Positions 36,028 to 45,194 of a stretch of DNA of 64,000 bases are shown piece by piece. Every line of letters starts with the position of its first letter. Within the stretch, counting starts at the first letter, position 1. The position numbers and the translations under genes are program-made. Source of the DNA: an uncultured Gammaproteobacteria bacterium (GTDB lineage Bacteria; Patescibacteriota; Microgenomatia; Daviesbacterales; UBA10151); contig CAZYPW010000008.1 of assembly GCA_964649615.1 (NCBI GenBank), positions 574-64,573 of the forward strand, in the 5' to 3' direction. The notes below the pieces were generated by a model. That model saw nothing but the letters and a program-made list of their open reading frames with translations, was not told the origin of the DNA and searched no databases.

Positions 36028-37154
36028 AATTTTGACTGAAATCTTACAAAGTACACTATTTTATACTACACTAATGCCCATATACACTTGACATGTAGTG
36101 TTAAGTAGTATAAGATAGCCTTATGGATAACAAATTACAGCTACTTACTAGGAAAAAACAAAAACTAGACACTTTCAGACCATTACCGCCAGAACTGGTT
36201 AAAAATCTTGATGACTGGTTTAAGGTTGAGTTGACCTATACCTCTAATGCCATAGAAGGGAACACCCTTACGAGGGCAGAGACAGCCTTGGTAGTGGAAA
36301 AGGGTCTTACAGTTCAGGGCAAAAGTTTAACAGAACATTTAGAGGCTACTAATCATGCCGAGGCATTAGATTATGTAAAAACACTAGTTGGTAAGAATAG
36401 ACAAGACATAACTGAAAACGACATTTTTGAGATACACAAACTAATCCTAAATAAAATTGAGGCAGAAAATGCTGGAAGATATAGGACACAACATGCAAGG
36501 TTTACGCAGTCAGATGTGGTTTTACCAAACCCTGTTAAAATCCCAGACCTGATGCAAGAGTTTATGGTTTGGTTAAAGGGTCGAAACTTAGACCATATAG
36601 TTAAAATTGCTGCCGATGCCCATTATAGGTTAGTCAGTATCCATCCTTTCTCGGATGGTAATGGTAGAACTTCACGCCTCTTAATGAATTTACTTTTAAT
36701 GCAACAGGGATACCCACCAGCCATCATCCGTAAAGAAGACAGGTTAGCTTACATAAACTCTTTAGAAAAGGCTCAAAAAGGGAATGGCTTGGATGATTTC
36801 TACAACCTTGTCTATGAGGCAGTTGACCGTTCATTGGATATTTACCTTGAGGCGATTGAGCCTGAGAGGATAAGTGTGGCTGAACCAAGTCCCAAGCAAC
36901 TTTTCTATACCACAGAGGAAGTGGCAAAGTTACTTCAGGTAGACCCAGAAAGTGTCAGGCGTTATGTTAGAAGTGGAAAATTAAGGGCAGTCAGGTTAGG
37001 CGGCAAATTTATCAGAATAGACAGAGCGGACTTAAATAATTTTATAGAGGAACTTAAAAGATAAAAGTGTGGTTTAATTAAATAAAACCATATTTTTCAA
37101 TCATTTAGCCTCAAAACATTGAAAAATACCTCAAATTTTGACTGAAATCTTACA
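36028..37154. mobile_element. Fic-HTH cassette bounded by exact 21-bp direct repeats
   Basis: AATTTTGACTGAAATCTTACA at 36028-36048 and 37134-37154. Confidence 0.65.
36123..37064 (+). CDS. Fic-domain protein with C-terminal excisionase-like HTH
   Basis: TSNAIEGNT inhibitory motif, HPFSDGNGRTSR, YTTEEVAKLLQV...RYVRSGKLRAVRLG. Confidence 0.93.
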   Translation: MDNKLQLLTRKKQKLDTFRPLPPELVKNLDDWFKVELTYTSNAIEGNTLTRAETALVVEKGLTVQGKSLTEHLEATNHAEALDYVKTLVGKNRQDITENDIFEIHKLILNKIEAENAGRYRTQHARFTQSDVVLPNPVKIPDLMQEFMVWLKGRNLDHIVKIAADAHYRLVSIHPFSDGNGRTSRLLMNLLLMQQGYPPAIIRKEDRLAYINSLEKAQKGNGLDDFYNLVYEAVDRSLDIYLEAIEPERISVAEPSPKQLFYTTEEVAKLLQVDPESVRRYVRSGKLRAVRLGGKFIRIDRADLNNFIEELKR

Positions 37155-37202
37155 GCACGTTATAATCAACCAAATTTTTAATCAAATCTTTCAATACACA
37201 TA

Positions 37203-37760
37203 ATGGATATAACTCTTATAATTTCCAGTGGAATTTTACTTGGCTGCCTCCTTGCTCTTTCCTGGTTTGCCGGATCCGATGCCCCATATGTTCCAACTAA
37301 AATGGATTATATAAGAAAAATTTTGAAATTCGCCGGGGTTAAAAAAGGCAGAAAATTTTATGAATTAGGATCCGGTGATGGAAGGGTAGTTATAGCAGCT
37401 GCAAAACTGGGGGCTCACTCTATTGGAATAGAGCAGTCTTGGATTCGCGTATTATATTCAAAATATAAATCCAGCAAACTAGCTTCCCACTCGTCAAGTG
37501 GGAACGTAGATTTTTATCATGGAAATATTTTTAAAAAATCATACCAGGATGCAGATATTGTTTATATTTATTTACTCAACAAGGGTGTTAATAAATTGGA
37601 AGAAAAGTTAAGAAAAGAATTAAAAAAAGGGAGCATCGTAATCATCCAAACTTACCATTTTCCAAATTGGAAACCGTTTAAACAAATAGATCTTTCCAAA
37701 GAAATTGATTTTTCCAAAGATATTCAAGGGGCTGGAAACTTTTGGCTGTATCGAGTTTAA
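37203..37760 (+). CDS. Class I SAM-dependent methyltransferase with N-terminal TM
   Basis: APYVPT, YELGSGDGR, GIE. Confidence 0.85.
   Translation: MDITLIISSGILLGCLLALSWFAGSDAPYVPTKMDYIRKILKFAGVKKGRKFYELGSGDGRVVIAAAKLGAHSIGIEQSWIRVLYSKYKSSKLASHSSSGNVDFYHGNIFKKSYQDADIVYIYLLNKGVNKLEEKLRKELKKGSIVIIQTYHFPNWKPFKQIDLSKEIDFSKDIQGAGNFWLYRV
37484..37504. repeat. TTCCCAC..GTGGGAA palindrome in frame in the methyltransferase
   Basis: TTCCCACTCGTCAAGTGGGAA; peptide ASHSSSGN. Confidence 0.65.
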
Positions 37761-38371
37761 AAGCCTAATTTTTCATTAACTAAAATTAAAGTTAATCTTC
37801 CCGGAATTTTTTCTTTATTTATTATTAACAGTTTGCTGACTCCACTTTCAACACCATATGCTTTTTTAGCTCTTTCATTCTCTAACGGCAAAACATATTC
37901 ATAAATTCTCTTGATACCTTCATCAGTATTTTTAACAATTTTTTGTGCTCCTACCACCCAAATTACATTTAATGCTGCATATGCATAAGCTGGTAATTGG
38001 CTTCCAGAATTGGAGGCAATTAAGACTTGTCCTTCTTCTGTCACCGCATGAACACTGCCTATTGCATATTGGGACGCTGCTCCCAGTTTATTCATTTCCT
38101 GAGCTTGAGTCTGCTGATTCATGGCATAAAGCTTATCTCTAACCGGCTTAAATTTGCCATCTTTTTTATTTATCTCTTCAGATAAACCAATAGTATCTAA
38201 AGTGACTGAGGTCATCGTCATTATTTCAGCACCCTCTGGTAAAAGCTTAAGCACCATTTCTTTTGCTTGATTACCATTCTCTGCATATTTAGCATCTATC
38301 CCATTTGCCTTCAAAGCTGCAATTGTTTTATCTAAAATAGCTTTATCTGCCAGTTGATTCCATTTATCCAT
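37757..38371 (-). CDS. LUD-domain (lactate utilisation-like) protein
   Basis: SVHAVTEEGQ, SNSGSQ, VVGAQKIV, ILVNEKLGF. Confidence 0.85.
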   Translation of the reverse strand: MDKWNQLADKAILDKTIAALKANGIDAKYAENGNQAKEMVLKLLPEGAEIMTMTSVTLDTIGLSEEINKKDGKFKPVRDKLYAMNQQTQAQEMNKLGAASQYAIGSVHAVTEEGQVLIASNSGSQLPAYAYAALNVIWVVGAQKIVKNTDEGIKRIYEYVLPLENERAKKAYGVESGVSKLLIINKEKIPGRLTLILVNEKLGF

Positions 38372-38384
38372 AGGAGATCAGATA

Positions 38385-39506
38385 TTATAACTGAATTATT
38401 TCTTTGGGGGAAGTAGTCAGTTGTCTTAAAGCTGTCTTTTCCAAAACAAATAAATCCTCAATTCTAACTCCGCCAAAATCCGGGATATAAATTCCTGGTT
38501 CAATTGAAAAAACCATCCCCTCTTTTAAAATATCTTTACTTTTTGGTGACAAAGATGGGTGTTCGTGCACTTTAAGTCCAATTCCATGACCCAGGGAATG
38601 TGGAATGGTCGGGAAACCATGAGATGTGATGTATTTTCTTGCTGTCTTATCCACCTCTTTGGCCTTGATCTTCTGCCCGCTTTCTGTTGCTGCCTTGATA
38701 AATTCCACTGCCTTTTGTTGAGCTTCTAAAACAATACTGTAAACTTCTTTGTGTTTATCAGAAGGTTTTCCAAAAAATACAGTCCTTGTCATATCCGAAC
38801 AATAATTCTCAAACTTTACTCCGAAGTCAACAAGGATAAATAATCCTTGTTGTCCTGAGCGACCGGAGGGAGTCGAAGGACCCAGTTTTGTATTTCCAGT
38901 TTGATGATGGGGAACTGAGGAATTTTTTCCAAACGCCACAATTGTAGGGAAAGCGATTTCTGCTTCCTGCTTTTTAATAAAATTTTCCAGCTCCTCTGCT
39001 ATTTCTTTTTCAGTTACCCCAACTTTGATTTTCTTTAAAATATATTCAAAAGCTTGATCGCCAATTTTGCATGCTTTTTCTATTTTGCTTAACTCATCAT
39101 CTGTCTTTATAGATCTTAAATTATCTACACTAAAATGTTTTATATTTTTAAAATGCTTTTTAAAAAATTTTCCCTCCAAAACAGTTAAATTATCTTCCTC
39201 AATCCCCAATTTTTTGATCTCTTTTTTATGTTTTTTTAAAAGATCCTCTGTTGATTTTCCCTGCCCTCTTTGGAAAAGCTCTAAATGAGGCACTTCTTTT
39301 TTTATAGCTTCTGAATATCTGCCGTCTGTAATAATGTACCCAAAATTTTCTCCCAAAAAAATATATGCCTCTCTTTCATCCTTGGAAAAATTTGAATACC
39401 CTGTCAGATACTCAATATTTGAAACTGAAGAAACAAAAACAGCATCAAGCTTTTCAGTTTTAATATCTTCTCGTAACTTCTGGATTCTTTTTATATACAT
39501 ATTCAA
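38385..39506 (-). CDS. Xaa-Pro aminopeptidase (M24)
   Basis: YCSDMTRT, HSLGHGIG, FSIEPGIY, GVRIED. Confidence 0.95.
   Translation of the reverse strand: MNMYIKRIQKLREDIKTEKLDAVFVSSVSNIEYLTGYSNFSKDEREAYIFLGENFGYIITDGRYSEAIKKEVPHLELFQRGQGKSTEDLLKKHKKEIKKLGIEEDNLTVLEGKFFKKHFKNIKHFSVDNLRSIKTDDELSKIEKACKIGDQAFEYILKKIKVGVTEKEIAEELENFIKKQEAEIAFPTIVAFGKNSSVPHHQTGNTKLGPSTPSGRSGQQGLFILVDFGVKFENYCSDMTRTVFFGKPSDKHKEVYSIVLEAQQKAVEFIKAATESGQKIKAKEVDKTARKYITSHGFPTIPHSLGHGIGLKVHEHPSLSPKSKDILKEGMVFSIEPGIYIPDFGGVRIEDLFVLEKTALRQLTTSPKEIIQL
38852..38881. repeat. CCTGAGC..GTCGAAGG family element in frame in the M24 peptidase
   Basis: GTCCTGAGCGACCGGAGGGAGTCGAAGGAC; peptide GPSTPSGRSGQ. Confidence 0.85.
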
Positions 39507-42463
39507 AAACTCAAAGTTCGTAACTCACAATACTTACAATCTTTTTTCCCGCATGTCTGGTCCCAAAAAGTAAGGTTTATTATTTGATCACCCACTGACT
39601 TTATCAGCTTTTCCAGTTCTTTAACTTGACTTTCAGAAATGGAAAAAATTTCTGATTTGAATTTTCCTTTTTCATCCGGTTCTATAAAATCTATCACACC
39701 CTCATTCATTTTGAACAATCCGTTTTTATACCGATCCAGCAGCAATTTATAAAATACCAGCTGTCTTAAGTAATTATATTTTTTATCATCTTTTGAACCG
39801 TCAATTTGAGATCTGGATCTTGGCTTTCCGGTTTTAAAATCATGCACCGATACGATATTGCCTCTGATAACCTCAATCATATCCAGCCGGCCATTTAATA
39901 TCAGATTATTGGAAAATTTAACACCCTTAATTTGCATTTCGCTTTGCAAATCTTTAGGCCAAGTCGGAATAATCTGATGGAAATAATTAATCAGCACTTT
40001 TTTGCCTTTTTCCACAAGCTCTTTGTAGTCTGTCTCTGATAAAGCGCTTTTATCCAAAACTTCCAGATATTTATCAATCAATATTTTCTCATTTATTTTT
40101 TTATAATGCCTGGCCTTTATAAAATAATCCAGAGCATTATGTATTGCTGTTCCGAAAATTAGAAATTTATTTTTGACATCAGGGAGAGATACCAAGTTTA
40201 TAAAAAAATATTTCCAGGGACATTCAAGAAAATTTCCCAAACCGGTAACAGATAAACCTTTCTCCAAAAATAAACTCTGTAGATATTTTTTATTTTTGGC
40301 ACTGATTTTTATTGGCTTACTGTTTGCAAATAAATCTTTTTTGTCAAAACTTTTTTCAAACTTAACAGTATCAATATACTCAACAAATTGATCATTGATT
40401 TCCTGTAAAAACTGACTGGGTAATTGTTCCCTTCCCTCAATTGAAACAGCAGGATAAGTTAAATAAATATTTTTTTTTGCTCTGGTTAACCCAACATACA
40501 AAAGCCTTCTTTCATCCTCCAGTTTTTCAAATTCAACCTCTGTTTTAACATTTTCTCCTAAAAATTTCCAGGGAATAGCAATTTTTGCATCTTTCTTCCT
40601 GCTGCCCCAACGGCTGTCAAAAAAATTGATAATAAAAACCGTTTCAAATTCCAATCCTTTCGATTTATGAACAGTCATAAGCCTGACTCCTTCATCCAGA
40701 GTTTTTTGATCTTTGGTGGAAATTGTTACCTTATGTTTTTTTGAAGTTTCCAAAAGATAAAGAAAATCAGATAAAGAAAACGCAGGATTTTTGTAAGTAT
40801 TCTGTTTTATCTGATTAAAAAGTGCGGTTAATTTATTTAAAACCTGATACCTGTCTGACTTTGATAAAATATCCTTCATCAACCCTGATTCATCAATTAT
40901 TTTTACAAATAAATCATCAAAAGGAATATTTACAGAAAGTGTAATCCAACCCTTATAGGTTTGTAGAAAAAGTTTAAATTTCTCATTTTTTTCTAGTGCG
41001 GAAATAAAACTAATCTTCTCTTTTTTGGCAAAATGAATTGTTTTATATAAATCAAAAGGGTCAAAGCCCAAAAAATCTATCTGCATTACCCTGGACAGAT
41101 AATACTCATCAAAAGGACTTGCCAGAGATTCCAGTATAAGGATTAATTTTTTTATCTGGTCAGATTCCAGCACATCGTCATCTGATGAAATAATAAACTT
41201 GATTCCCTTTTTGTTTAAAACCTCAACTAAAGGAAATAGATCGGCATTTCTTCTTGCTAAAACCGCGATCTCCGAAATATTGGCTCCCTTTTTAATCAGG
41301 TCTTTAATTTCTTCTCCAATATATTCATATTCCAAATTATAATCAGATAATTTGACTACTTTTATTCTGGAACCTGTTTTTTTATTATTAGATGTTAAAC
41401 GAACGGAAGGCAAAATATTGGCACTGATATTTTTTTCAATTAGTGATGTGGCTGCATCCAATATAGTTTGATATGACCGGTAATTTTTCTGCAAATTTAT
41501 CATTTTTGCCCTCTTATATAATTTTTTAAAAAACAAAAAATTCTCTAAAGATGCGCCCTGAAAACGGTATATTGCCTGACTGATATCTCCCACCACAAAT
41601 AAATTGGGATTATCATAGTAGGAAGAAATCAGTTCAACCAGTTTATTTTGGGCAGAATTTGTATCCTGGTGTTCATCTATCAAAATATATTGATACTTTT
41701 CTTGAAGACGTAAAAGGAGATCTTTTTCTTTCTGCAAAACCTTCACCGCTTCAATCAGCATATCGCTAAAATCATATTTCTTCTCATCAATCAAAGTTTG
41801 CTGGTATAGAGTAAATATCTTTAAAAATTCGCGGCATTTCTCAATATCTTTTTTTAAATCAATATATTTGCCTTTCATCTCCCCTTTATATTTACCTTTT
41901 TCATGATATAAATCGGGAGCAGAGACAAACTCCTCCTGCCATTTGTTGATAGCTTCTTCTAATCTTTTGTGACTGATCCCTTCCTTTTTTAAATTGTTAA
42001 TTGAGGATAAAATATCGCGGATGTAATAGAGAGAATCTCCAAAGGGGCGCAGAATTTTAAAATCATCTTTTTCCAGTAACCTTTCCAAAATCTCCAGTTG
42101 TTCAATCTCTGTAATTGACTCTGCTGACAAAAGATAGGGGAATTCATCAGGATAATTTTTAATAATGTCATTAGCAAAAGAATGAAATGTTGAAATCTCA
42201 ACCCGAAATGCAGGCGTTCCGATAATTTCGGCAAGCCTTTTTCTCATCTCATATGCTGCCGATTCGGAAAATGTTAAAGCAAGAATATTTTCAGGGTTGA
42301 CTTGTGTCTTAAGTAAAATATTTGCAATCCTAACAGTCAAGATTTGGGTTTTACCTGTACCAGGACCGGCAAGCACCATCACAGGGCCCTCAATTTCATC
42401 AACTGCTTCTTTCTGCTGAGGATTTAAATTTTTGTATGCAAGTTTAAATTCATTTGTTATCAT
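39503..42463 (-). CDS. UvrD-like helicase fused to a PD-(D/E)XK nuclease (AdnAB/AddA-like)
   Basis: LAGPGTGKT, IDEHQDTN, MTVHKSKGLEF, GRLD...DFKTG, CPWKY...CGKKDCKYC. Confidence 0.9.
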   Translation of the reverse strand: MITNEFKLAYKNLNPQQKEAVDEIEGPVMVLAGPGTGKTQILTVRIANILLKTQVNPENILALTFSESAAYEMRKRLAEIIGTPAFRVEISTFHSFANDIIKNYPDEFPYLLSAESITEIEQLEILERLLEKDDFKILRPFGDSLYYIRDILSSINNLKKEGISHKRLEEAINKWQEEFVSAPDLYHEKGKYKGEMKGKYIDLKKDIEKCREFLKIFTLYQQTLIDEKKYDFSDMLIEAVKVLQKEKDLLLRLQEKYQYILIDEHQDTNSAQNKLVELISSYYDNPNLFVVGDISQAIYRFQGASLENFLFFKKLYKRAKMINLQKNYRSYQTILDAATSLIEKNISANILPSVRLTSNNKKTGSRIKVVKLSDYNLEYEYIGEEIKDLIKKGANISEIAVLARRNADLFPLVEVLNKKGIKFIISSDDDVLESDQIKKLILILESLASPFDEYYLSRVMQIDFLGFDPFDLYKTIHFAKKEKISFISALEKNEKFKLFLQTYKGWITLSVNIPFDDLFVKIIDESGLMKDILSKSDRYQVLNKLTALFNQIKQNTYKNPAFSLSDFLYLLETSKKHKVTISTKDQKTLDEGVRLMTVHKSKGLEFETVFIINFFDSRWGSRKKDAKIAIPWKFLGENVKTEVEFEKLEDERRLLYVGLTRAKKNIYLTYPAVSIEGREQLPSQFLQEINDQFVEYIDTVKFEKSFDKKDLFANSKPIKISAKNKKYLQSLFLEKGLSVTGLGNFLECPWKYFFINLVSLPDVKNKFLIFGTAIHNALDYFIKARHYKKINEKILIDKYLEVLDKSALSETDYKELVEKGKKVLINYFHQIIPTWPKDLQSEMQIKGVKFSNNLILNGRLDMIEVIRGNIVSVHDFKTGKPRSRSQIDGSKDDKKYNYLRQLVFYKLLLDRYKNGLFKMNEGVIDFIEPDEKGKFKSEIFSISESQVKELEKLIKSVGDQIINLTFWDQTCGKKDCKYCELRTLSF

Positions 42464-43601
42464 CTGTCTTAGTTTCTAATAATAAAGTTTCTGCTTCTAA
42501 AGCTTTTATTTCAGGCAAAGAAGCTCCCATTAGACCCTGCAGATCTCCATACATCCCAACTGTATTATCAATTACTTTCTGAATCTGTTTTTCTCTTTTA
42601 GCCCAAACTCTTGTATAAAGCTGTTTTTCAGATTCTAAATCCCCTTTCATGCTACTGAAAGCTTCAATTATTGCTTCAAATCGCTGCCTGAATTCATTTC
42701 CGCAAAGATAGGAATATAAAATTTCCATTTTGCTGTTTTTATCGACAACCGAAAGTTTACTCTTGGCAAGTTCCAACAGACTATTTCTTATAAGTTTTGC
42801 TAAAGACAAAAAAGCATCAAAACTTGCAATATGTACACCATCTTTGGTATCAAAATTCTTTATTCCCTCAGGTAGAATGCTGGAAATAATTATTGCAACG
42901 TCTGCTTTCGAGGCTCTCTGATCATCTTTCAATTTCTGTATCCACCCTTCAGTCCAATTTTTAGTCCGTTTGCTCTCCCAGATAATAGCTCCGCAAATTC
43001 TTCCATTTGAATCTTGTACTCTTTGTATAACATCCGCCCCCACAATGCCCTTTGGAACAGGAATTATTTCATCTGAAGGGAATTCTTTTTTTAAAATCTC
43101 TTCCAGCTCAAGTTCCATAACTTCCCCCTGTAGCTGCTGTGAACCCAAAGAGGCTTTTCTTTGTGCTTCTTCAAGAGATTTTTTCATCGCTTCCATCTGA
43201 TTCTCGTATTCTTTTTCTTTCAAATGAAACTTTTCTGCAACTTCTGTTTCAGTTTTTTCCTGAATTTTTTTTCTTTCTTCGTCAATTTGTCTTTGCTTTT
43301 CCAACTCCAGATTTTTTTCTTTTTCTTCCAGTTCTTGAGTTTTCTTCCGCAGTCCCAGCTCATATTCTCTGGCTTTTTCCAACTCTTCCTGCTGTTTTTT
43401 TACCCTTTCTTCTAAAACTGATCTTTCTTTTAAATCCTGTTCTTTAATTCTCTCTTCCAGTTTTAATTTTTCGTTAATCCATTTTTTATTAAACTCATCC
43501 CTTAATGACTGCTTTATTTTATCCTCAAGCTGACCTTTAAGGGCCTCGTCAACAGATATTTCTTTTTTACAGTTCGGACAAATCAAGATAGCTGCGCTCA
43601 T
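42450..43601 (-). CDS. DUF2130 family coiled-coil protein
   Basis: N-terminal CPNC, coiled coil, GSQQLQGE, PVPKG..GADV, IIWESKRTKNW. Confidence 0.85.
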   Translation of the reverse strand: MSAAILICPNCKKEISVDEALKGQLEDKIKQSLRDEFNKKWINEKLKLEERIKEQDLKERSVLEERVKKQQEELEKAREYELGLRKKTQELEEKEKNLELEKQRQIDEERKKIQEKTETEVAEKFHLKEKEYENQMEAMKKSLEEAQRKASLGSQQLQGEVMELELEEILKKEFPSDEIIPVPKGIVGADVIQRVQDSNGRICGAIIWESKRTKNWTEGWIQKLKDDQRASKADVAIIISSILPEGIKNFDTKDGVHIASFDAFLSLAKLIRNSLLELAKSKLSVVDKNSKMEILYSYLCGNEFRQRFEAIIEAFSSMKGDLESEKQLYTRVWAKREKQIQKVIDNTVGMYGDLQGLMGASLPEIKALEAETLLLETKTDDNK

Positions 43602-43645
43602 AACGTGGGTATTTTACCATGATCAAAATTGTTAAGATATATCCT

Positions 43646-44032
43646 ATGGTTAAAATATTTATAAAAGTTTTACCTGCTTTAATTTCATGGGCAATTTTTA
43701 TCTTTGCAGTTTTATACATTCCTTATCCGGAAACTTTAACTCAAGCAACAATTTTCCAAATACTCGGATTTTTTATCCCCTTATTTTTAGCAATCACTTT
43801 AACTTTAAACATTTTTTTAAAAAATATCTTTATATCTTTTTCAATTTCTTTAGGAATAACTATGCTACTGCTTCTTAAAGCTTTAGGTTCCCTAAATTTG
43901 GTTACTGGGATTTTAACAATTATTTCTGTAGGGCTGCTTATTAGTTATTTTAGAAAAATAAAAAAGCATAAGTTGACTTTGGAATCAAAGATACCTAAAC
44001 TCAAATCTTTTTCTAGACAAAAATCTTCTTGA
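43646..44032 (+). CDS. Hypothetical four-TM membrane protein
   Basis: Hydrophobic ORF; ATG 43646 follows TAAGAT by 7 nt (track start 43619). Confidence 0.7.
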   Translation: MVKIFIKVLPALISWAIFIFAVLYIPYPETLTQATIFQILGFFIPLFLAITLTLNIFLKNIFISFSISLGITMLLLLKALGSLNLVTGILTIISVGLLISYFRKIKKHKLTLESKIPKLKSFSRQKSS

Positions 44033-44063
44033 CTTTCGTATTTTATTTGGGTAATATAAATCC

Positions 44064-45194
44064 ATGCCCCTTAGAATTAAAATAACTAGAGATTTGTTAA
44101 ATAAATTTTATTGGGATAAAGATTTATCTATATATCAAATTGCTCCCATTTTAAAATACCATCCAGCAACTGTGGCAAAAAAATTGCATGAATTTAACAT
44201 TACTATCAAAACACCTACTGAAAGAACTATACTCTCTAAAAATAATCTTAAAGATTTATATTTAAAAGAAGGGCTATCTACAAATCAAGTCGCTAAACAA
44301 CTAAAATGTAGTGTTAAAACTGTCAGAAGAGGAATGAGAATATACAATATTTCTCTTCGTCCTCTGAAAAGAATTACCATAGAAAAAAAGATATTGGAAA
44401 CTCTTTACTATAAAAGTAATCTCTCGTTACAAACCATCGGGAAAAGGTATAATCTGACGCCATCTGGTGTTCTAAGGAAAATGAGAAAATATAATATCCG
44501 CTTAAAAACTAGTTGGGAAAATAATACTATTCATCCCAAAATACCTTTTAATGGTTCTTCTGAGGAAAAAGCTTATCTTATCGGCTTTAGATTGGGGGAT
44601 TTAGGAGTAAAGCAGAAAAGTAAACGTACTGGTTCTATTGTAGTCAAGTCTAACACCACAAAACTTGAACAAGTTACTTTGATGAAAAATCTATTTTCTT
44701 GTTATTCCGCCGTTTGGATCAGTGGGCCCAATATCAAAGGAGTATTCCATTTTACAACACTTTTACATCCCTCATTTGATTTTTTAATTCCTAAGAATGA
44801 TTGTATACCAGATTGGATCAAAAACACCAAAAAGCTTTTTCTTGCTTTTATAGCTGGGTACACGGACGCAGAGGGTAATATCGGAGTGTACGGTGGAAGA
44901 GCTCGTTTTAGAATTGGATCATATGACATAGGTATCTTGAGAAGTATAAATGATTTCTTTGCAAAACTCGGCCTTAGAACTATCCTAAGATTAGAGCAAC
45001 CAAAAGGTTTCATTGATAAACGAGGTGTTATACATAACGGAGATTTTTGGCGTGTATGTATAAATGAAAAGAATTCCCTGTTAAAAATTTTTGATTTATT
45101 AATTGTTTACATGAAGCATCAAAAGAGAATAGCAGATTTGCTGAAAGCAAGAGTTAATATTCTACAAAGAAATCATGCTATAATCCAGGCATGA
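44064..45194 (+). CDS. Free-standing LAGLIDADG homing endonuclease with three N-terminal HTH repeats
   Basis: AYLIGFRLGDL and AFIAGYTDAEGNI motifs; three L.Y....LS..QI/VA..L repeats. Confidence 0.85.
   Translation: MPLRIKITRDLLNKFYWDKDLSIYQIAPILKYHPATVAKKLHEFNITIKTPTERTILSKNNLKDLYLKEGLSTNQVAKQLKCSVKTVRRGMRIYNISLRPLKRITIEKKILETLYYKSNLSLQTIGKRYNLTPSGVLRKMRKYNIRLKTSWENNTIHPKIPFNGSSEEKAYLIGFRLGDLGVKQKSKRTGSIVVKSNTTKLEQVTLMKNLFSCYSAVWISGPNIKGVFHFTTLLHPSFDFLIPKNDCIPDWIKNTKKLFLAFIAGYTDAEGNIGVYGGRARFRIGSYDIGILRSINDFFAKLGLRTILRLEQPKGFIDKRGVIHNGDFWRVCINEKNSLLKIFDLLIVYMKHQKRIADLLKARVNILQRNHAIIQA

Noticed and set aside
37065-37165. Integron attC or dif site next to the Fic gene
   Set aside because: No RYYYAAC/GTTRRRY pairing and no match to the XerC/D consensus that I could see.
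39500-39545. Apparent heptamer periodicity at the end of the UvrD-nuclease gene
   Set aside because: Weak, and it encodes the functional CKYC Cys motif.
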